Origin: Candidatus Cloacimonadales bacterium
GTDB lineage: Bacteria > Cloacimonadota > Cloacimonadia > Cloacimonadales > JAFGVF01
DNA: 64,000 nt
Direction of reading: 5' to 3'
Assembly: GCA_963667035.1 (NCBI GenBank)
Contig: OY762964.1
Coordinates: 1,184,001-1,248,000 of the forward strand
The position numbers and the translations under genes are program-made. Shown here one piece after another: positions 29,641 to 42,016 of the stretch (the stretch's first letter is position 1; every line of letters begins with the position of its first letter). The notes under the pieces are model-generated. The model was not told where the DNA came from. It saw only the letters and a program-made list of their open reading frames with translations, and did no database searches.

Positions 29641-30452
29641 TAGAATCCTGTAAGTATTAGAACAAGGCTAACTAAAGATACTAGCCAACAGTAATACGCA
29701 AAGTATTTCAACTTTCTCTTTCTGATAAGATTGAGTAGCATTGATATAACTAGAAATCCGCTTACAAAAGCCCCTAAACCACCGATTAAGTAATTCATCA
29801 ACATTGATTGGTCAAGATTAGAAAATACATCCATTTGCAATACTGCAGCACCTAAAATAGCAGGAATACTCAATAAAAATGAATATCTGGCAGCTTCGGA
29901 TCTTTTAACTCCAATGAAAAGAGAGGTTGCTATTGTAGTTCCTGATCTAGATATACCGGGTAAAATCGCTAAGGACTGACTGAGTCCTATAACCAAAGCT
30001 CTCCAGAATCCCATATCGGAAGCATGAATATGGTCAAATCTGATAGTATCCGATAAGAATATAATTATACCGGTAACACTCAATAGAATTGCAACAACCA
30101 AAGGTTTACCAAATAGTCCTTCAAAGAAATCTTTAAAGAAGAATCCGATAGCACCTGTCACAATTGTGCTTAAGACTAAATAAAATACAATCTTACGATT
30201 ATTAACTTGCTTCTCAGGAAACTTCTCATTCTTTATTGGTAGAAATGCTTGAACAAGTTCCAGTATATCTTTAAAGAAATATAGGATTACTGCTAGTAAT
30301 GAACCTAAGTGTAGAAAGACTTCAAATGAAGTATCTACAGAGTTTATTCCAAGAAAGTGTTCTCCTAATACAAGATGTCCGGAGCTTGAAATAGGTAGAA
30401 ACTCGGTTAATCCTTGTACGATACCGAGAAAGAGAGATTGTATTATATTCAT
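29640..30452 (-). CDS. uppP: Undecaprenyl-diphosphate phosphatase
   Basis: QGLTEFLPISSSGHL, PGISRSGTT, YSFLLSIP. Confidence 0.96.
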   Translation of the reverse strand: MNIIQSLFLGIVQGLTEFLPISSSGHLVLGEHFLGINSVDTSFEVFLHLGSLLAVILYFFKDILELVQAFLPIKNEKFPEKQVNNRKIVFYLVLSTIVTGAIGFFFKDFFEGLFGKPLVVAILLSVTGIIIFLSDTIRFDHIHASDMGFWRALVIGLSQSLAILPGISRSGTTIATSLFIGVKRSEAARYSFLLSIPAILGAAVLQMDVFSNLDQSMLMNYLIGGLGAFVSGFLVISMLLNLIRKRKLKYFAYYCWLVSLVSLVLILTGF

Positions 30453-30464
30453 TATTTATCCTTT

Positions 30465-31748
30465 TTATAGTTTTGGCGATTGCATGTTTTTTAAATCTGA
30501 GAGTCGATATAGGGGATACCCTTGCTTTGCTGCTAAAATAATGAACTTGTTTAAATTATTTAAATCAGTTTTATTCTTACAGTTATAGTAATATATTATA
30601 GTTTTGTCGTTAAGATTGCTAAGAGATTTAACTACTTTCAATCTTTTATCATAATCAGATATTCTTCCGTCGAGTGATTCATCCTTTTTGAAGAACATTA
30701 AATCCTTCTCAGCAGAAACTATTTCACAAACTGATTTAGATGTTGTTTTAGCATCTACGAAATACATATTTTCTTCTTTAAGAAAATCTATTACTGTTTC
30801 CATAATCTCACGTTTTGCAGTGGCATGACTCCCCATATAATTAGTAGCACCAATGCAATCAGGTAGGAGATTAGTGTAATCTTTTAGCTTTGAGCGTATC
30901 TCACGCTTGGAATCACTTACAAGTATAGAGTTCCTTCCTGCAAGGTAAGGATAACGTCCTAAAGGTTCTAAAGGTATTCTTAACAGACATGGGAAACCTG
31001 CATCCTTAATTGCTTTATAATGTTGATGAGCAAACTTCTTCTCAGGAATAAATGCTACTTGCAGATTCTTGTTCATTGGCAAAAGTGTTTTCACAAGCTC
31101 AGCTTTTACTTCACTTTCAAATGTAGCGACTATAGCAATTTTTGCTTTTTCAGAATCCTCTTTCTCAAGAAACAGTACTAATGAGTGCTTTTTATCAAGT
31201 CCATTCTTCTCAAATGTAAGCTTTTGGGCTGGATATTTAGTTCTTTTCTTATAAAAATAAGTTTCAACACCATTTGTCATGTTAAAGCCTTCATTCTGCA
31301 TTCTTCCTTTAAAGAACATATTGCAGAAGTAGAGGTCTTCATTGAGGGTAGGAATCGGAACGAAGTATTTAATTTCGTCATCAACTGCTTTAGTCCAGAT
31401 CTGATTAGTCTGCACCGAAATTGATAGTGATAAATCCTTTATAAGCTGCAAGACTTTTTCATCTTCAGTTAATTCTTTCTCAGGTTTTACAGGTTCTTTA
31501 ATCGGTTCCTTAACAGTACCTTTTTTAGGTTTTATTTCTTCTTCGTGAACAATTGGAGATTCCTGTAATTGGCTTTTAATATGGTTTTCTTTAGGTTTAG
31601 AATTAATTGCCAAATTTATTAGATAGAATAATCCCCCAATAATAGCGATTAATGCTACTATTTGAAGAACAGTGGATAATAAGCTTCCACGTTTCTTTTT
31701 TTTAATTCCGGTTGATTTCTTTGATGTTTTTCTTTTTTTTTGAGGCAT
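30465..31748 (-). CDS. Membrane-anchored divergent polysaccharide deacetylase (YibQ-like), apparently degenerate
   Basis: Basic N-terminus plus TM helix; C-terminal IPLEP, GATNYMGS, YFVDAKT resemble the family's PMEP, NHMGS and FVDSxT motifs. Confidence 0.7.
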   Translation of the reverse strand: MPQKKRKTSKKSTGIKKKKRGSLLSTVLQIVALIAIIGGLFYLINLAINSKPKENHIKSQLQESPIVHEEEIKPKKGTVKEPIKEPVKPEKELTEDEKVLQLIKDLSLSISVQTNQIWTKAVDDEIKYFVPIPTLNEDLYFCNMFFKGRMQNEGFNMTNGVETYFYKKRTKYPAQKLTFEKNGLDKKHSLVLFLEKEDSEKAKIAIVATFESEVKAELVKTLLPMNKNLQVAFIPEKKFAHQHYKAIKDAGFPCLLRIPLEPLGRYPYLAGRNSILVSDSKREIRSKLKDYTNLLPDCIGATNYMGSHATAKREIMETVIDFLKEENMYFVDAKTTSKSVCEIVSAEKDLMFFKKDESLDGRISDYDKRLKVVKSLSNLNDKTIIYYYNCKNKTDLNNLNKFIILAAKQGYPLYRLSDLKNMQSPKL

Positions 31749-31862
31749 TTCTTACTCGTTACATAATGTACGTAACGAATAAATCAATCTAATTGGAAGT
31801 CAAGAATTAAAACGAAGCTATTTCAAAATCTTCTGTGACTTCAAAATCAATCATGAAAAGTA

Positions 31863-32276
31863 TCATTCTCTTAAATGATATTCTTTGTTTACTCTTGAGA
31901 AATAATTTGGATGTATATTCTTGAAGTTTCCAAATACAATTGTAGCTATCCCGAAGATAAGTAGAGGAATGGTAACAGCAAGTACTATAAATGAGTTCCC
32001 TGAGAATCCATTAAAGAAGAAAGCACTGAAACCTCCAAATACTATTAACAGAATTCCACCCGTTAGTTCCCTACCCCAACTAATGAAGTTTATCAATAGT
32101 AACACAATCCAAGGAAGCATATTAGGGGAATTCTTTAACAATCCCTTTATTCCTCCTCCAAATCCTTCAGCTCCAGAGAACAATGCAAATAGAACAAAAA
32201 GTAAAGAATAAAGAAGCATTGTAGCTCTAACGATATTGGATACTAGCCTTACAGTTTTAGCTTTTTGTGTGTCCAT
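31863..32276 (-). CDS. Small membrane protein (about 4 TM), unknown function
   Basis: ATG at 32276 follows AGGAGGTGG RBS; hydrophobic segments. Confidence 0.75.
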   Translation of the reverse strand: MDTQKAKTVRLVSNIVRATMLLYSLLFVLFALFSGAEGFGGGIKGLLKNSPNMLPWIVLLLINFISWGRELTGGILLIVFGGFSAFFFNGFSGNSFIVLAVTIPLLIFGIATIVFGNFKNIHPNYFSRVNKEYHLRE

Positions 32277-32386
32277 AATCCACCTCCTAACTAATAAATT
32301 AATCAATGAATTATATCTTGTCAAAGGAGTTGTGTTTTTAAAGTTTCTTATGCTCTGTTACCGGAGATAACAATCATTCAATGATA

Positions 32387-32418
32387 GTAAAAAAGTAGCC
32401 CGATTGTTCCAATCGGGC
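32387..32418 (-). terminator. Intrinsic terminator after RDD gene
   Basis: GCCCGATTG-ttc-CAATCGGGC, then TACTTTTTT on the minus strand. Confidence 0.7.
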
Positions 32419-32444
32419 ATAATCAGATATATGTTAAAGTATTT

Positions 32445-34289
32445 CTATAGTTTTATTGATCTCACGGCTTTCTGAGATTCATGTGCTGGACCTTCAAAAT
32501 AAACTGTTTTCGTGTCATTATTCCATTTGAATGGTTTTCTAATATATGGATTTTGTAATTCATCCGGAAGTTGAGAAAGAAACTCTTCAACATTTTTCGG
32601 CTTCTTTTCTTTGATTAGCACTGCAACTTTCTGCAATCTTCTTTGAATAGCTGAATCTCTAAGCTTTATACAATACTTATTGTAACTCGGTACTGAGTTT
32701 GATTGCACTTGAATAAGTATGAGCCCCATTAGATTATTAACATATTCAAGTTTAGAAAACTTAGGAATATATTCGGCTGTTGATTTATCAGGAAGCATGT
32801 GGTAAGGTAACTCTGAATAATCCGCTAAGAATCTCGTAAGCTTATATTCATGATTGACAACAGCACTCATTTTATACTGAGCCGATGAATTTGCTTTTAT
32901 CTCTTCAGGGGTAATGATATAGTCATCCCAAACATCTGCAGCATTTTGCATCATGAATAAGCTTGAAACCACTTTAAAGATAAACTCATTTTCATAAGCT
33001 TTTCTAAGGCTCAGCCTTTCTATGCTTGGCTCTTCAAGATTCTTTACAACTTCCACAAAACTTAGATCCAAAGGATTTTGATATCCAATAATAACATTGA
33101 TTGAATTACTATGGATAGAATACATTATCGATCCAATCAATTTCATGTTCAGAGTATCAGAGTTATATAAGATATTAGTTGTTGTTGCATAACCTTGCTT
33201 TAACAGTTGAATTCCTTTTTCTTTATTGCCATATAGAAACTCATTTGTTGCGTAGGCTGAAAACAATCTTTGGTATGAGACTAAGCTCATGGGATTTATA
33301 GATGAATAAAGGAAATGGGGGACAAGCTTCTTTCTGAAATCAGTGAATCTAGAAAGTTCAACATATCTATCATATAGATATTGATACTTATTAAACGCTT
33401 TTTCAATATTCAGCTTTTGTTCTCTCATAGAATCTACATAATTATCATCTTTCCCCACTATCAGTATATCATTAATCTCAGGTGGGAGACCATTATCTAT
33501 GAATTGATGACGTTTTACGATATCCATCTGTGAGTTTAAATCCACAAGTGACAGAGAATCAATCAATACGCTGTTAATTGATTTTACTATGTTTAGTCCC
33601 ATATCATGAGAATTCATTTCTGGTTCAACACCAAAAGCTATATACGAGTAATATCCATTATTATCAGGATTAGTGTCCGGTGAATGATCTCTTAGACAAT
33701 CCAATGCTTCAGGTAGTAATGTGTAGTCTTTATGAAAAGTATAGAATAAAGCAGATGTTATCAGCAATGATATTAACAGTATTATCTTCCCAAGCGTCCA
33801 TCTGCTAGTGTCACCGATAAAGCTTTGGAATGTACCCTGAGTCATCTCAACTTTAGATACAACACAAGTTTTGGAAGCTTTATCCGAGAGGGTTTGTTTC
33901 TGTTTGTCCCATAGCATCCATAGATGTCCGATAGCTACTGCAAAATATGAGACAAATGACAGTATAAATTTCCATAGAGACACATATAATCTCGGTTTCT
34001 TGCCCGACTTAACATCAATAACACGTATCTTTGTTGCTAACATACCCAATGTAGCTCCTGCAAAACTCCACATCAACACATTGTATATCAAAGGAAGAAT
34101 CAGGAAGGCAACATAAGTTGAGCCTATTGACTCACTCAGTGATTTTAATGCATCAGGATTATTCATCCGACTTACGAAATTTGGTAACGATATCAAGATG
34201 TATATAAGGTAGATTAAAGCTGAATCGATAATGAAGGCGATAAACCGTCTTATAGCCATATTAAAATTGTTACTATTTCCCTCTTTCAT
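32445..34289 (-). CDS. RDD-family membrane domain fused to a ~430-aa unknown domain
   Basis: RRFIAFIID, GATLGMLATKIRV, KQTLSDK at the N-terminus; AAGGAG RBS. Confidence 0.8.
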   Translation of the reverse strand: MKEGNSNNFNMAIRRFIAFIIDSALIYLIYILISLPNFVSRMNNPDALKSLSESIGSTYVAFLILPLIYNVLMWSFAGATLGMLATKIRVIDVKSGKKPRLYVSLWKFILSFVSYFAVAIGHLWMLWDKQKQTLSDKASKTCVVSKVEMTQGTFQSFIGDTSRWTLGKIILLISLLITSALFYTFHKDYTLLPEALDCLRDHSPDTNPDNNGYYSYIAFGVEPEMNSHDMGLNIVKSINSVLIDSLSLVDLNSQMDIVKRHQFIDNGLPPEINDILIVGKDDNYVDSMREQKLNIEKAFNKYQYLYDRYVELSRFTDFRKKLVPHFLYSSINPMSLVSYQRLFSAYATNEFLYGNKEKGIQLLKQGYATTTNILYNSDTLNMKLIGSIMYSIHSNSINVIIGYQNPLDLSFVEVVKNLEEPSIERLSLRKAYENEFIFKVVSSLFMMQNAADVWDDYIITPEEIKANSSAQYKMSAVVNHEYKLTRFLADYSELPYHMLPDKSTAEYIPKFSKLEYVNNLMGLILIQVQSNSVPSYNKYCIKLRDSAIQRRLQKVAVLIKEKKPKNVEEFLSQLPDELQNPYIRKPFKWNNDTKTVYFEGPAHESQKAVRSIKL

Positions 34290-34415
34290 AGTTACTCCTT
34301 TTTCATAACTTCTCTCAAATACATTTCTAAAAACAATAAATTCAATGTAAAGTTTTTATTTCATTATTACGATTCTTAACAAAAAAGCGTAAAAACTCAT
34401 CTGAATTAATCTTTT

Positions 34416-34555
34416 TATGTTCCGATTCAACACTCGGGATTCTCACGGGAATCACACGGGAATCTCTCGGGAATCACTCGGGACTTTGCCCGAGAAATTC
34501 CCGAGAATATCTCGAAAAAGTCATGAAAGAGTCCCGTGTATTGAATATGGGCATA
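34416..34555. repeat. 11-nt-period direct plus inverted repeat array (core CWCGGGA)
   Basis: CTCGGG 34433, CACGGG 34444, CACGGG 34455, CTCGGG 34466, CTCGGG 34477; inverted CCCGAG 34489, CCCGAG 34500, CTCGAA 34511, CATGAA 34522, CCCGTG 34533. Outer arms ATTCAACACTCGGGA / TCCCGTGTATTGAAT pair 13/15. Confidence 0.9.
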
Positions 34556-34897
34556 ATAAATACCCGATAAAGAGAATGTAGATGTGCTATAAAACACTAT
34601 TGAAAAGTATTCATAACTTATAGGTTTGCAATAATTTAAAAACGAAAATAAAAACTACGGTTTACTATGGATTATTATTTAACAAATTCTACAGTAGTTA
34701 GTTACATAAATGGTTAATTTATTTGGAAATATTAATTACAAGTATGCTATGCCCTCTTATAATAAGCATCTACGTTAAAATAGAGATTAAAAAGACAACT
34801 TTTAGCGAATAAAAACATAGAAATTTCGAGAAAAATAGAGATGAGACGGGCTTTGGTATGGATAAATATAAAAAATCTAAAAATACGGCGTTTTTTG

Positions 34898-34925
34898 TTG
34901 ACAGCAATTTCGAATTCTGTAATTT
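34898..34925 (+). promoter_or_regulatory. Putative gyrB promoter TTGACA-N16-TAATTT
   Basis: Sigma70-like hexamers ~60 nt upstream of gyrB. Confidence 0.5.
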
Positions 34926-34980
34926 GTAGCAGATGATTAACGAGTAAATTTATTATTTTATAACCTATATTTTAAAGTGA

Positions 34981-36885
<1,905 letters not shown>

Positions 36886-36897
36886 AGGGAGTAATAT

Positions 36898-39390
36898 ATG
36901 TCAGATAATTCAAGAATAATACCTGTACAGATAGAAGAACATTTGAAACAAGCTTACATGGAATACTCCATGAGCGTCATTGTCTCCAGAGCTTTACCTG
37001 ATGTCAGAGACGGTTTGAAACCCTCTCAAAGAAGAATTATTTATGCAATGCATGAATTGAATTTAAAACCGGGTGGACAATTCAGAAAATGTGCCAAAAT
37101 TGCCGGTGATACCTCGGGTAACTATCACCCTCATGGTGAACAAGTTGTTTACCCTACTTTGGTGAGACTTGCACAACCTTGGAATATGAGATATCCGTTG
37201 ATTAACGGACAAGGAAACTTCGGCTCTATCGATGGTGATCCACCGGCTGCTATGCGTTATACTGAGGCAAGGCTTCAGAAAATAACAATGGATATATTGG
37301 AAGATTTAGATAAAGATACTGTTGATTATCGTTCAAACTATGATGAAACAAGAAAAGAACCGACAATCTTCCCAACAAGAATTCCTAACCTTCTTGTAAA
37401 CGGAGCAACCGGTATTGCTGTTGGTATGGCTACCAATATGGCTCCTCATAATATCACTGAGATTTGTGATGCAGTTAATGCTTTAATTGATAACCCTGAA
37501 CTGGAACCAAGAGACCTTTTGGAATACGTAAAAGGTCCTGATTTCCCAACAGGTGGGTCAATAGTAGGTAAAAGTCCGATACTTGAGTATTTTGAAACAG
37601 GAAGAGGAAAATTAAAAGTTCGTGGTAAAGCTGATATAGAAACTAAGAAGAATGATGATGAATACATCGTTATTTCAGAGATACCGTATATGGTTAACAA
37701 GACCAATCTTATTGAGAAGATTGCTGAGCTAGTGAAAATCAAGAAGATTGAAGGAATCAGCGATATTAGAGATGAATCAGGAAGACAAGGTATGCGTCTT
37801 GTAATCAAAGTAAAACGTAATGCCGATGCTTCTATCGTTCTTAACAAACTATACAAGTATACTCAATTACAGAATACATTCAGTGTTATCAATCTCTGTC
37901 TTGTTGATGGAATTCCCAAGATTCTTGATATGAAGACAATGATAAATAAGTTTATCAAATTCAGACATGAGGTAGTTATAAGAAGAGCTCAATTTGAGCT
38001 TAGAAATGCAGAAGATAGACTACATTTACTTGAAGGTTTCAGAATTGCTCTTGATAATATTGATGAAGTGATTGCAACAATTAGAGCCTCTAAAACAACA
38101 CCTGAGGCCAGTGAAAACCTACAAGCTAAATTCGGATTCAGCGAAAGACAAGCTAAAGCTATTCTTGAAATGAGATTGCAAAGACTCACAGGAATGGAAA
38201 GAGACAAAATCGAAGCTGAATATAATGATATTGTTGAAAAGATTGCCGGACTTAATGAGCTTTTGGCAAGCAGAGAACTTCAGATGAACCTCATTAAAGA
38301 AGAAACCGACCAGATTAAAGAAAAATATAATGACAAGAGGATGACTCGTATCGTAGCCGATATGGGTGAATTATCAATAGAAGACTTAATCCCTGAAGAG
38401 GATGTTGTAGTAACGATTTCTCATAAGGGATATATTAAACGTCAAAGTGTTGATTCTTATAGAAGTCAGGGAAGAGGAGGAAGAGGTCTTAAGGGATCTA
38501 AGCTGAAAGAAGAAGACTTCATTGTAAGTATTTTCATGGCCTCTACTCATGATTACATACTTTTCTTTACTAACTTTGGTCAATGCTACTGGTTAAAAGT
38601 ATATGAAATTCCCGATGGAAGTCGTCAATCCAAGGGCAAAGCAATTATCAATTTATTGCCACTTAGAGAGAATGAAAAGATAGAAGCTTTTGTCTCTATT
38701 AAGGAACTGGATCAAGAAGACAAATACATCATAATGTCCACAAAGAACGGTCTCGTTAAGAAGACTGCTTTGAGTAAATTTGCTAATCCAAGATCTACAG
38801 GTATTATTGCGATAAAACTTATAGAGGGTGACGAGTTGATTGAAGCTCTTATCACTTCAGGAAGTGATGATGTTATCTTGGCAACAAGACATGGATATTG
38901 CAATAGGTTCAGCGAAGAACAGGTTAGAGCTGTTGGTAGAAATTCACAAGGTGTGAAAGGGATCTCTTTAAGAAATGACGATGAAGTTGTTTCAATGGTT
39001 GTAACTGATCCGGAAACTACTGATTCACTGCTTGCAATTAGTGAAAACGGTTTTGGTAAACGTACTGATTTGAGTTCTTACATAACAAAGAACAGAGGAA
39101 CTAAGGGTGTGATAACTCTAAAAACTTCTGCTCGAAATGGAGTTCTTGTTTCTCTTATGAAAGTAAACGACGAAGACGACCTGATGATTGTTACTAAGAA
39201 TGGAATGATTATCAGGCAGCATGTTTCAGAGATTAACTCTATCGGTAGGAATACTCAAGGAGTTACGTTGATTAATCTTAAAAATAAAGATAAAGTATTT
39301 GACATTACAGTTATTCCAACTAATAGTAATGAGGTTGATGATTCTGAAAGTGAAGAGATTGATGGAGATCCTAGTAACGAAAAGGAGTAG
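36898..39390 (+). CDS. gyrA: DNA gyrase subunit A
   Basis: [25 protein letters not shown], GyrA-box QGRGGRG, C-terminal pinwheel repeats. Confidence 0.97.
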   Translation: MSDNSRIIPVQIEEHLKQAYMEYSMSVIVSRALPDVRDGLKPSQRRIIYAMHELNLKPGGQFRKCAKIAGDTSGNYHPHGEQVVYPTLVRLAQPWNMRYPLINGQGNFGSIDGDPPAAMRYTEARLQKITMDILEDLDKDTVDYRSNYDETRKEPTIFPTRIPNLLVNGATGIAVGMATNMAPHNITEICDAVNALIDNPELEPRDLLEYVKGPDFPTGGSIVGKSPILEYFETGRGKLKVRGKADIETKKNDDEYIVISEIPYMVNKTNLIEKIAELVKIKKIEGISDIRDESGRQGMRLVIKVKRNADASIVLNKLYKYTQLQNTFSVINLCLVDGIPKILDMKTMINKFIKFRHEVVIRRAQFELRNAEDRLHLLEGFRIALDNIDEVIATIRASKTTPEASENLQAKFGFSERQAKAILEMRLQRLTGMERDKIEAEYNDIVEKIAGLNELLASRELQMNLIKEETDQIKEKYNDKRMTRIVADMGELSIEDLIPEEDVVVTISHKGYIKRQSVDSYRSQGRGGRGLKGSKLKEEDFIVSIFMASTHDYILFFTNFGQCYWLKVYEIPDGSRQSKGKAIINLLPLRENEKIEAFVSIKELDQEDKYIIMSTKNGLVKKTALSKFANPRSTGIIAIKLIEGDELIEALITSGSDDVILATRHGYCNRFSEEQVRAVGRNSQGVKGISLRNDDEVVSMVVTDPETTDSLLAISENGFGKRTDLSSYITKNRGTKGVITLKTSARNGVLVSLMKVNDEDDLMIVTKNGMIIRQHVSEINSIGRNTQGVTLINLKNKDKVFDITVIPTNSNEVDDSESEEIDGDPSNEKE

Positions 39391-39393
39391 AAG

Positions 39394-40278
39394 TTGTTAG
39401 TTCAAAAGTACTTTGATTCCAGACAGAAATTACTTGAAGAAAAGCTTGATAAATACTTGGAAAACCAGAAACAAGCTCATCCTAAATTGAAGAAAGCAGT
39501 AAGCAGTATTCTTTTTACGGATGGTTTGAGATGGTACCCACTTATGGTCTTCGCAGTACATGAAATGCTCAAAGGTAAGAAGAATATCAGTTCTTTGAAT
39601 CCTGTTATGCCTTGCGCTTGTGCTTTGGAAATGGTTCATAAAGCTATGATAATACATAGTGCCCTACCAAGTCTCAACGATGTTGATGAGTATAATAGCA
39701 CAATAAGCATTCATAAGGGAATGGATGCTGCTACAGCAATTCTTGCCGGAGATGCACTGATTACTATGGCCTATGAAGTTTTAACTGAAATATCTGATAA
39801 GCAGAAAGCATTAAAATGCATCAGAACAATTTCAAGAACTCTATCTTCTCATGGTTATATAGGTGGAGAAGCTGTTGATCAGATTTCGATACCAAAGAAT
39901 ATAAGAATAAACGTTCTTAAATACATTTATATGAAAAAAATGGGGTCACTTCTTCAAGCCGGTACTGAGATGGCATGTATTATCAACGATACTGAAGAAA
40001 ACCTAATGATAACATTAGGTAACTTTGCTATGAATATCGGGTTAGCATACTTTATTGTAAATGATATTCTTGAAGATATAGGAAGTTCAGATGAAGAAGA
40101 ACATGAGATAAAAATAAAGCGAAAGAATATGACTACTTATCCTTCACTACTAGGGTTGGAAAAAGCTAAAAAAACAGCAGAGAAGCTCATATCTGATTCT
40201 GAGAGAATGATAAAAAATATGCCTCATAATGAGATACTACTCGAATTTGTTACTTTGATAAAGGATAGATTACCTTGA
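39394..40278 (+). CDS. Polyprenyl synthetase (IspA-like) homolog with degenerate Asp-rich motifs
   Basis: ACALEMVH, ATAILAGDAL, KMGSLLQA, TYPSLLGLEKAK; TTG start after AAGGAG. Confidence 0.8.
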   Translation: MLVQKYFDSRQKLLEEKLDKYLENQKQAHPKLKKAVSSILFTDGLRWYPLMVFAVHEMLKGKKNISSLNPVMPCACALEMVHKAMIIHSALPSLNDVDEYNSTISIHKGMDAATAILAGDALITMAYEVLTEISDKQKALKCIRTISRTLSSHGYIGGEAVDQISIPKNIRINVLKYIYMKKMGSLLQAGTEMACIINDTEENLMITLGNFAMNIGLAYFIVNDILEDIGSSDEEEHEIKIKRKNMTTYPSLLGLEKAKKTAEKLISDSERMIKNMPHNEILLEFVTLIKDRLP

Positions 40279-41057
40279 TGATAGATATTCACTCACACAT
40301 ATTACCCGGATTAGATGACGGGGAAAATGATGAGAAAAAAGTCTTAAATATTATTAAACAGATGTCGCAAAACGGTGTTAAAACCGTTTTTGCGACTCCT
40401 CATTATCTTGACGGAATGTATAATAATAAACAAATAGATATATTTACTGCTACCGAAAAACTGAAAAAACTGATTCAACTTAACGGAATTGAGATTGATC
40501 TGAGACAAGGTTGCGAGATATATCTGGTTCCAGACTCATATAAGGATCTAGAAAAAGAAAATTATTGTTATAGTGAGACAAACTACTGCCTTGTTGAATG
40601 TAATATCAATTCATTGGAATCCGATGTGTATAGGAATATTTATCATATCTTGAGAAAGGGATACCGTCCCATATTAGCTCATCCTGAACGATATAGCTTT
40701 ATCATGAAGAGTATTCGTGCTGCAAGAGAATTAATCCAAAAAGATATCTTATTGCAAATTAATAGCGGAAGTCTACTTGGCGTATATGGTAAAACAGTTA
40801 AGAGCACTGCATGGAAACTACTGAATTATGGTTATGCTCATTTTGTTGCCTCAGATACGCATGCTAAAGAGATAAATTACAATTTATTGGATGCTTACAA
40901 TAAAGTAGTAGAGCATATTGATGAGAAGACAGCCGAATTACTGTTTAATGACTTTCCTACAAAGCTTTTACATAATGAAAGCATACCTAAGTTCTATGTT
41001 AATATATCACAGCCAAAGAGACATAAACATGGAATATTGAATTGGTTGAAAAAATGA
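40275..41057 (+). CDS. CpsB/CapC-family PHP tyrosine phosphatase
   Basis: DIHSHILPGLDDG, ATPH, LAHPERY, QINSGSL, ASDTH. Confidence 0.92.
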   Translation: MMIDIHSHILPGLDDGENDEKKVLNIIKQMSQNGVKTVFATPHYLDGMYNNKQIDIFTATEKLKKLIQLNGIEIDLRQGCEIYLVPDSYKDLEKENYCYSETNYCLVECNINSLESDVYRNIYHILRKGYRPILAHPERYSFIMKSIRAARELIQKDILLQINSGSLLGVYGKTVKSTAWKLLNYGYAHFVASDTHAKEINYNLLDAYNKVVEHIDEKTAELLFNDFPTKLLHNESIPKFYVNISQPKRHKHGILNWLKK

Positions 41058-42016
41058 AAATACTAATAACCGGAGCTACCGGATTCATAGGAAGACATGT
41101 AGCAAAGAAGATTGTCACAGGTAAAAATCAAGTTACAGCACTAATCCGTCCCGGTACTGATGATAAGCGTCTATCGCATCTTCGCGAAGCAAGTCTAATT
41201 GAATGCAATCTAACAGATTTAGATAAAATGAAACAAATTCTCAACGAGAACTCCTTTGATGCAGTCATCCATATAGGAGCTCTTCGTGGTGGAAGAAAAT
41301 ACAATCATAAAGTTTTCTATAAAGCAAATGTATTAGCTACTGAAATTCTAGCTGAAAATGCTTTAAGAAACAATAGCAAGTTTATCTTCTGTTCATCTGT
41401 TGGTGTGTTTGGAGCAATTCCATTAGAGTTACCTGCGAATAATCACACTGAACGTCAAGACGATACATTTTACCATAAAACGAAGGCTGGAGCTGAAAAG
41501 ATAATACAGAATTTAACAATGAAAGGTTTGAAGTCTGTTATAATAAGACCATCAATAACGTATGGACCAGGAGATTATGGTTTTCCATATACCCTAACAA
41601 AACTGGTGGATAAAAAACTGTTAGTGTTACCGAAACAGGAGTTCAAGATTCATCTGACCGATGTAGATTTGCTCTCAGATGCTTTTGTAAACTCATTAGA
41701 AATAGAATTAAAGCCCGGATCTGAGTTTATTATTGCTGATTACGATCCTATTTCAATACATGAACTAACAGAGTTTATTAGTCAGAAACTAACCCAAAAG
41801 AGCTATCCAGGAAACAGGTTTATTAGCTTAAATTTGTTTAGATTGGGAGAAACAATCTCGAATACAATTCATAGCGACCTATGGCAATCTCGCTTTCAGC
41901 TACTTTCCAATAGTTGGTATTATGAAGTAAAGGAGAGTATTGCTACTCTTAAACTTCCAATTATTAAAACAATTCCTAGTTTCAATAAAGTAATATACTG
42001 GTATCAGAATCAATAA
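41054..42016 (+). CDS. NAD-dependent epimerase/dehydratase (extended SDR)
   Basis: MKILITGATGFIG, FCSSVGVFG, YHKTK, IRPSITYGPGD. Start is 41054 (overlapping upstream TGA) or 41042. Confidence 0.88.
   Translation: MKILITGATGFIGRHVAKKIVTGKNQVTALIRPGTDDKRLSHLREASLIECNLTDLDKMKQILNENSFDAVIHIGALRGGRKYNHKVFYKANVLATEILAENALRNNSKFIFCSSVGVFGAIPLELPANNHTERQDDTFYHKTKAGAEKIIQNLTMKGLKSVIIRPSITYGPGDYGFPYTLTKLVDKKLLVLPKQEFKIHLTDVDLLSDAFVNSLEIELKPGSEFIIADYDPISIHELTEFISQKLTQKSYPGNRFISLNLFRLGETISNTIHSDLWQSRFQLLSNSWYYEVKESIATLKLPIIKTIPSFNKVIYWYQNQ

Noticed and set aside
34416..34555. Periodic arrays (also 3959-4055) as CRISPR arrays
   Set aside because: Units are only 11 nt, there are no 25-45-nt unique spacers, half the units are inverted, and no cas genes are present.
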